Below, piece by piece: positions 59,611 through 64,000 of a stretch of DNA of 64,000 nucleotides (position 1 is its first letter; each line of letters begins with the position of its first letter). The notes beneath the pieces were generated by a model that searched no databases, was not told the DNA's origin, and saw only the letters and a program-made list of their open reading frames with translations. The translations under genes and the position numbers were made by a program. This stretch comes from Pseudomonadota bacterium (GTDB lineage Bacteria > Bdellovibrionota > Bdellovibrionia > Bdellovibrionales > Bdellovibrionaceae): assembly GCA_041178425.1 (NCBI GenBank), contig JBEGVH010000009.1:209250-273249 (forward strand), read 5' to 3'.

Positions 59611-59928
59611 TTACTCGATGTAAATTTCACCACTACTAACTCGATAAATTATGCCGTTGATCTCATCGCCAACATCACGCCGACAATCATGGCCGTCTTT
59701 GATACCCACATTGACTCCGAGATTTAAGACTTCTACTTGATCGAGAGGGCAAACCATACTTGAAGAGAAAAATCGAATATCCTTTAATTCAATTTGAGCT
59801 ACACAGGAATTAGTGTTTTTCACGACGCTCGAAATTTTGGCGATTATTTGCGCCTCTTGCTGATCGCAGGCAAACGATAATGAGCCAAAAAACATTGATC
59901 CAAATAAAATTAAGTTTTTCACAAACAC
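59611..59928 (-). CDS. Small secreted hypothetical protein
   Basis: Signal peptide ending SFA; 4 Cys; AGGAG SD (the start may be the GTG at 59922). Confidence 0.72.
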   Translation of the reverse strand: MFVKNLILFGSMFFGSLSFACDQQEAQIIAKISSVVKNTNSCVAQIELKDIRFFSSSMVCPLDQVEVLNLGVNVGIKDGHDCRRDVGDEINGIIYRVSSGEIYIE

Positions 59929-60246
59929 TCCTATAAAATCGGTTTGGTTATGAAAGTCATATCACCACTCTGCGATGGCTCTTAAAAAAAAGGGGTTGTT
60001 TTGAGAAAGACACTAGGAAAGCCCAAGTAGGAACTCTCTCTCCGTCTTTCGGATGACCTCGGAACCCTTCCACTATTTTCCTTCACCCCTACTAACCAAA
60101 GAAAACTCTTAACCATCTAATACCTATGGGTATTTAAGCGCTTATTTTCTATATGTAATCATCATCGAGAGTCTCGTAATCTTTAACTACAGGGGTGATT
60201 CACTACCCAATGAACGGCCCCATAAAAACAAAAAGAGGAGCATCTC

Positions 60247-60834
60247 ATGAAAAAAGCTATCTTCACAACAGTCTTGACCATTCTGTTTTCTTGGACCGCC
60301 AACGCAGGCGAATCTAAGAATCGTCTGAGTTACGGGTTTGGATTTTTTTCGATCAAGGTTTTTTCAGGAGTTGGTTATGAACGCTTACTCACTCCAAACC
60401 AATCGCTAGAAGTGAATCTTGGAGTAGACCCCTTTTATGGCGTGTCCTCTAGTTTGAGTTACAATTATATTGTCGGTGATAAAAACCACACAGCCAGTCG
60501 ATGTTTGATTTTTTTGAATTGTAAAAAATGGGATAAGTTCGGCTTTGGAGTACAACGGTTTTCATCTTGGAATTATGAATTCGGCGCTGAGGGATCAACC
60601 GAGCGCAGAGTCTACTCCGTCGGCATGAAAGACTGGGGACTCCTGAATTGGGAAAGCGGCGCTGAATTCAGCTTTGGAATTTATACCAGCGTGGCTTTTA
60701 CCTATAAATCTCCGCTACAAAAAACCAATCCAAAGGTAATCGAAGGTTCCGCCCTTCAAACTGATATCGACTTTATTAATTCACTCAAGAAACCTAGCGT
60801 GGGTATGGCCTTCAACATAGGTATTGCGTTATAG
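60247..60834 (+). CDS. Secreted protein, possible outer-membrane beta-barrel
   Basis: GAGGAG SD; signal peptide ending ANA; alternating aromatic/Gly strands. Confidence 0.7.
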   Translation: MKKAIFTTVLTILFSWTANAGESKNRLSYGFGFFSIKVFSGVGYERLLTPNQSLEVNLGVDPFYGVSSSLSYNYIVGDKNHTASRCLIFLNCKKWDKFGFGVQRFSSWNYEFGAEGSTERRVYSVGMKDWGLLNWESGAEFSFGIYTSVAFTYKSPLQKTNPKVIEGSALQTDIDFINSLKKPSVGMAFNIGIAL

Positions 60835-60867
60835 AATTTAACCCACCTTAAGACCAATCGAGGCACA

Positions 60868-60892
60868 AACGCGAGCAAGCTTGGCTCGCGTT
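60868..60892. terminator. Intergenic hairpin
   Basis: AACGCGAGC-N7-GCTCGCGTT perfect inverted repeat. Confidence 0.45.
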
Positions 60893-60991
60893 GTCCTCGT
60901 CGATCGTCTGTTTTTTTCGGTCCAAGAGTGAAAGTATGAACTATCTGTTTTATTCTCAAGGGGCTGCCAAATCATCTGCAGCGGAGGATCT

Positions 60992-62005
60992 ATGAAGAAC
61001 TGGAAATTGATCGCGCTCACCGTTCTTATCACAAAACTAGTACTCATCTCTGACCAGGCCTTTGCAAGATCAGTACATCCTCATCAATCAACAGATCTTG
61101 AATCGGCCATGGAACCAACGGAGATTGCCTCTTATACTGAACTGGAAGACCTAAACACGATGCCCAGCCACCTAAAGTATTTTGGATACTATGCCAGTGG
61201 CGCTAACCCCGAGGTCGCCTCCCACTCGAATGTGTATTGGATTCTTGACGGCCAAGGGGCGAACACTGAGGCTATTCTTGCGCAACTACAAAAATCTAAA
61301 GAGGATGGCTTGAAAGCCATCGTCAGTTTATCAGGCTATTTTTTTCAGGCTGACTTCAATCTGAAGGACCCAGCAGAGTACAATCAGAATTGGAATACTC
61401 TTGCCGCCCAAATCTCCCCTTACGTTGCCGATGGCACTATTCTCGCTTTTTACCCACTGGATGAGCCATACAACAAACTCGAAAAAAATAGGAAGACAAA
61501 AAAACAAATGCGGCAAATGTTAGAAACCATTGGTAGCACAATAAAAACAACATTTCCGGGAAGTCTTGTGGCGGTGATTTTTGGTGTCGATGGAAAAGGT
61601 TTTTCAGGGCAAGTGCCAAGAAACTACGATTGGATTGGCTTTGATGTTTATGACTGCTGGGACAACTGTGTGGGCAAATCGATTCCTCAAATCTATGAAG
61701 AGCTAAAATCAAACCTAACTTCAGCAGACCAAAAAATTTTCTTGGTTCCCGACACTTGGAAATGGTCGCTGGGCTTACCAAGTAATAATGAAATAAAAAA
61801 AATGATCACACTCTTTAACAAATATGTCGCCTTTGCCAAAAAGAAAGTCCGCATTATTGGGATGTTCAATTTTATTTATCAAGATCTCCCGTCCTACGAT
61901 AAAAAAGGTAACTTTAAGGGTTATTTTCCGGGAACAAAGAGTGCTCCTGCCCTTCTTGATAAAGTGAAAGCAGTTGGAATTGAGATTAAGCAAAATAATC
62001 CTTAG
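60992..62005 (+). CDS. Secreted TIM-barrel glycoside-hydrolase-like protein
   Basis: Signal peptide ending AFA; GLKAIV, FYPLDEP and DWIGFDVY resemble clan GH-A strand motifs; GGAGG SD. Confidence 0.65.
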   Translation: MKNWKLIALTVLITKLVLISDQAFARSVHPHQSTDLESAMEPTEIASYTELEDLNTMPSHLKYFGYYASGANPEVASHSNVYWILDGQGANTEAILAQLQKSKEDGLKAIVSLSGYFFQADFNLKDPAEYNQNWNTLAAQISPYVADGTILAFYPLDEPYNKLEKNRKTKKQMRQMLETIGSTIKTTFPGSLVAVIFGVDGKGFSGQVPRNYDWIGFDVYDCWDNCVGKSIPQIYEELKSNLTSADQKIFLVPDTWKWSLGLPSNNEIKKMITLFNKYVAFAKKKVRIIGMFNFIYQDLPSYDKKGNFKGYFPGTKSAPALLDKVKAVGIEIKQNNP

Positions 62006-62071
62006 TCTAACAAGGAAGTAGGGTCTTCACGATTGAATGAATCAAACTGAGGGTTTATGGGGAACGGTATT

Positions 62072-62128
62072 GTCTAGCTTTACTAGCCCTAAGGATCTAC
62101 GAGCTCACTGGGTTTTCAAATTTGCAAT
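62072..62128 (+). repeat. Permuted partial copy of the 59 kb / 63.7 kb repeat
   Basis: 62072-62106 matches 59302-59336 and 62100-62128 matches 59132-59160; the two are joined at a shared CGAGCTC. Confidence 0.85.
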
Positions 62129-62165
62129 CGCAAATCTCGGGTGAACCAAATAAGCGCTCGCATTT

Positions 62166-62453
62166 TCAAACCATTCCCGGACCGAGAAGTTTGATTCGAA
62201 TGGGACCCTTAGCTGTAGACGGATCAACTATAACTCTTTTTTGGAGGATCGCAATTTTTCCTTGGGCCGCGAGACGCCTTGCTGCCGAACGGACTTTTTC
62301 CATTAACAACTTATCCTGTTTCTGACTTTCTGGCAGAACTTCGGAAGGACAGATAGTTTTTCCAGCACCTCGACGTTTCAGTAGGTCAAGAATTTGTGCT
62401 TCATAGGTGTCCTGAGGCTCCATTATTCGTCCACAAGTGGCGCACGTCTTCAT
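62166..62453 (-). CDS. DUF3253-like small winged-helix protein with an N-terminal CxxC
   Basis: KTCATCGR, KTICPSEV, VRSAARRL and KGPIRI motifs; ATGA overlap with the upstream gene. Confidence 0.8.
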   Translation of the reverse strand: MKTCATCGRIMEPQDTYEAQILDLLKRRGAGKTICPSEVLPESQKQDKLLMEKVRSAARRLAAQGKIAILQKRVIVDPSTAKGPIRIKLLGPGMV

Positions 62454-63409
62454 GAGTGTTCACACTTTGCCACGAGGAACTTTTTGAGGTACTCCGCCAA
62501 ACTATTCGAACTCTTCAGAGCACCATTGAGACTCGCGCCACCAAATGCATCGCCGGCCAGATAAAGACTGGGAGCCGGGTTTTCAAAAAACTGATTCCAG
62601 ATCCGCGTAGGCTGAGCATATCGCCACTTTTTGACCTGAAGATTCAAAATGTTTGGGCGCGGAAACTTTTGGCTTACGATAGCGTGGGCTGCCTGCGCGA
62701 TTTCGCCGTCCAAGCGATCGAAGTGTGTATTTGTCCAAGGCTCCTGCATCACGAATGTGTAATCCGGCTGCTTCCCGAGACCCTTCGCTTGTTGGCTACA
62801 GATGGAAAAAATATTTTTGTCTACATTTTCAGAATAAATCATTTCGGTTTCGAGCGCCGCATCGAAACGCAATAGCAAGACGACTGCTTTTTGATAATGA
62901 ATGTTCACAAGGTCCGCCGCGAAGGAAATTCCAGACCGATTCAGAATCTCCAATGACTGTGGTAACGGGCACGTCAAAACTACCTGCTGGGCATCTAGAG
63001 GCTCACCCTCTTCAAATGAGACTCGCCAATGATCGCTCTGTTTCTCCAGCTTTTGGACTTTTAAATTATAAGAGATGTTCAACGGCGCCGCTAACTTCTT
63101 TGCCAAGTCGGTCATGCCGGAGGCGCCACAGTAAGCCTCGAAAAGGTCAGACGGAAATATCTTCAAAACATTTTCTTGCCGCCAAAATTCAAACAATTTT
63201 TGTGCACCCAGCGAATTCTTAATGAACTGAGCCCCGTGATCATATCTGGACTCATCCACTCGACGCGTGGCCATGCGCCCACCACAACTCTTTGATTTTT
63301 CGGCAATGAGAACCTGAAGGCTTGGCGTAGCCTGCTGAAGTTCCCACGCTAGGTTGAGGCCGGTAAGCCCCGCTCCCACTATCAGAAAATCGCACTTCGA
63401 AACTGACAT
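62450..63409 (-). CDS. FAD-dependent oxidoreductase (renalase-like)
   Basis: GAGLTG, EKS..GGRMATRR, DHGAQF, WRYAQP and AGDAF motifs. Confidence 0.9.
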   Translation of the reverse strand: MSVSKCDFLIVGAGLTGLNLAWELQQATPSLQVLIAEKSKSCGGRMATRRVDESRYDHGAQFIKNSLGAQKLFEFWRQENVLKIFPSDLFEAYCGASGMTDLAKKLAAPLNISYNLKVQKLEKQSDHWRVSFEEGEPLDAQQVVLTCPLPQSLEILNRSGISFAADLVNIHYQKAVVLLLRFDAALETEMIYSENVDKNIFSICSQQAKGLGKQPDYTFVMQEPWTNTHFDRLDGEIAQAAHAIVSQKFPRPNILNLQVKKWRYAQPTRIWNQFFENPAPSLYLAGDAFGGASLNGALKSSNSLAEYLKKFLVAKCEHS

Positions 63410-63734
63410 TTTTTTCCTTGTTTATCTTATCGTACTTCACGCAGGAAGCTTCTGCAAAAATAAGTTTCAATGATTCGTGGATGTGAGGGTCTACATAAAT
63501 AACGGAGGCGGTAGTACTTCTTTGCTTGCTGTTGAACATAGCCTTGGCCGTACCCAGCTTATCCACTCATTCAAGGTAGCTTGGCGATAAACTGATGGAG
63601 CTTCGAAAGGCACCCACGTTCGGCCGCCTTTCGATCTGGGATTCCAATCACCGGACGTCAAACACCTCTCAATCGAGCTCACTGGTATTTCATTATTGCA
63701 ATAACAGCCCTCTGGCTGAACCACTCGAGGCCTT

Positions 63735-63912
63735 AAAAAAGAAACGACCCCCATTCTACAAAAAATGGAGGTCATTATGAAAAATCAGAAGAAAAAGCTA
63801 ATTCTGATTCGACATATTTTGACTATAGCTCAAGCGATCTTAGGTCTAGTTTTGCTAGCCCTAAAGATCTACGAGCTTACTTGCCAGCTTTTTTGAACTG
63901 CACGTTTGTGGA
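63735..63912 (-). ncRNA. Predicted cis-antisense RNA (candidate antitoxin), copy 2; 5' end approximate
   Basis: Same minus-strand terminator stem (63746-63773) and U-tract; only the loop differs from copy 1. Confidence 0.5.
63777..63896 (+). CDS. 39-aa hydrophobic peptide (candidate type I toxin), copy 2: MKNQKKKLILIRHILTIAQAILGLVLLALKIYELTCQLF
   Basis: GGAGGT SD; 31 of 39 residues identical to copy 1. Confidence 0.75.
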   Translation: MKNQKKKLILIRHILTIAQAILGLVLLALKIYELTCQLF

Positions 63913-64000
63913 ACCGGTACGTTAACGGATGATTTTGTAAATCAAATGTTTTTGTTTCCAATGAGGGAAGAGTTGTCATCGATTGTACTCCCCTCGCCGC

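Larger units (their letters stand above)
63624..64000 (+). repeat. Intergenic direct repeat, copy 2 (may extend past the window end)
   Basis: Aligns with 59082-59455. Confidence 0.95.

Noticed and set aside
60868..60892. Palindrome as a REP element or attC
   Set aside because: Single occurrence in the window and no attC core consensus; treated as a simple hairpin.
63491..63780. 94-aa (minus) and 61-aa (plus) ORFs over repeat copy 2
   Set aside because: Both extend beyond the repeat boundary into sequence not shared with copy 1 and have no recognisable motif; only the 39-aa ORF is preserved end to end in both copies.
59082..64000. Repeats as a CRISPR array, IS ends or integron attC sites
   Set aside because: Only two long copies and one fragment; no regular repeat-spacer period, no terminal inverted repeats, no transposase or integrase, and no RYYYAAC/GTTRRRY boxes.

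Overview
A gene-dense bacterial chromosomal segment. It looks Bdellovibrionota-like, inferred only from gene content (many secreted or lipoprotein hypotheticals, S74-chaperoned fibres, FQNC and RxxAS motifs); I could not confirm the taxonomy. Recognisable genes are a rhomboid protease (partial), ftsH, fbaA, fadBA, an L,D-transpeptidase, a subtilisin, an OPT transporter, a 7TM histidine kinase, a USP, a GGCT, a cryptochrome-DASH, hppA, HutD and a renalase-like oxidoreductase. They are interspersed with large surface or secreted proteins. Three observations stand out. (1) A roughly 375 bp duplicated element (59082-59455 and 63624-64000, plus a permuted 57 bp remnant at 62072-62128) encodes a 39-aa hydrophobic peptide absent from the ORF track. 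Its Shine-Dalgarno sits in a hairpin that reads as an intrinsic terminator on the opposite strand, which is the architecture of a type I toxin-antitoxin locus. (2) Three translationally coupled genes fuse a type IV prepilin-like N-terminus to a fibre ending in a peptidase S74 chaperone. The first is split at a C8 tract, and a fourth paralog without S74 lies nearby. (3) A secreted 1105-aa protein carries nucleotidyltransferase-like and PARP-type ADP-ribosyltransferase-like motifs. I found no tRNA, rRNA, CRISPR array or transposase.
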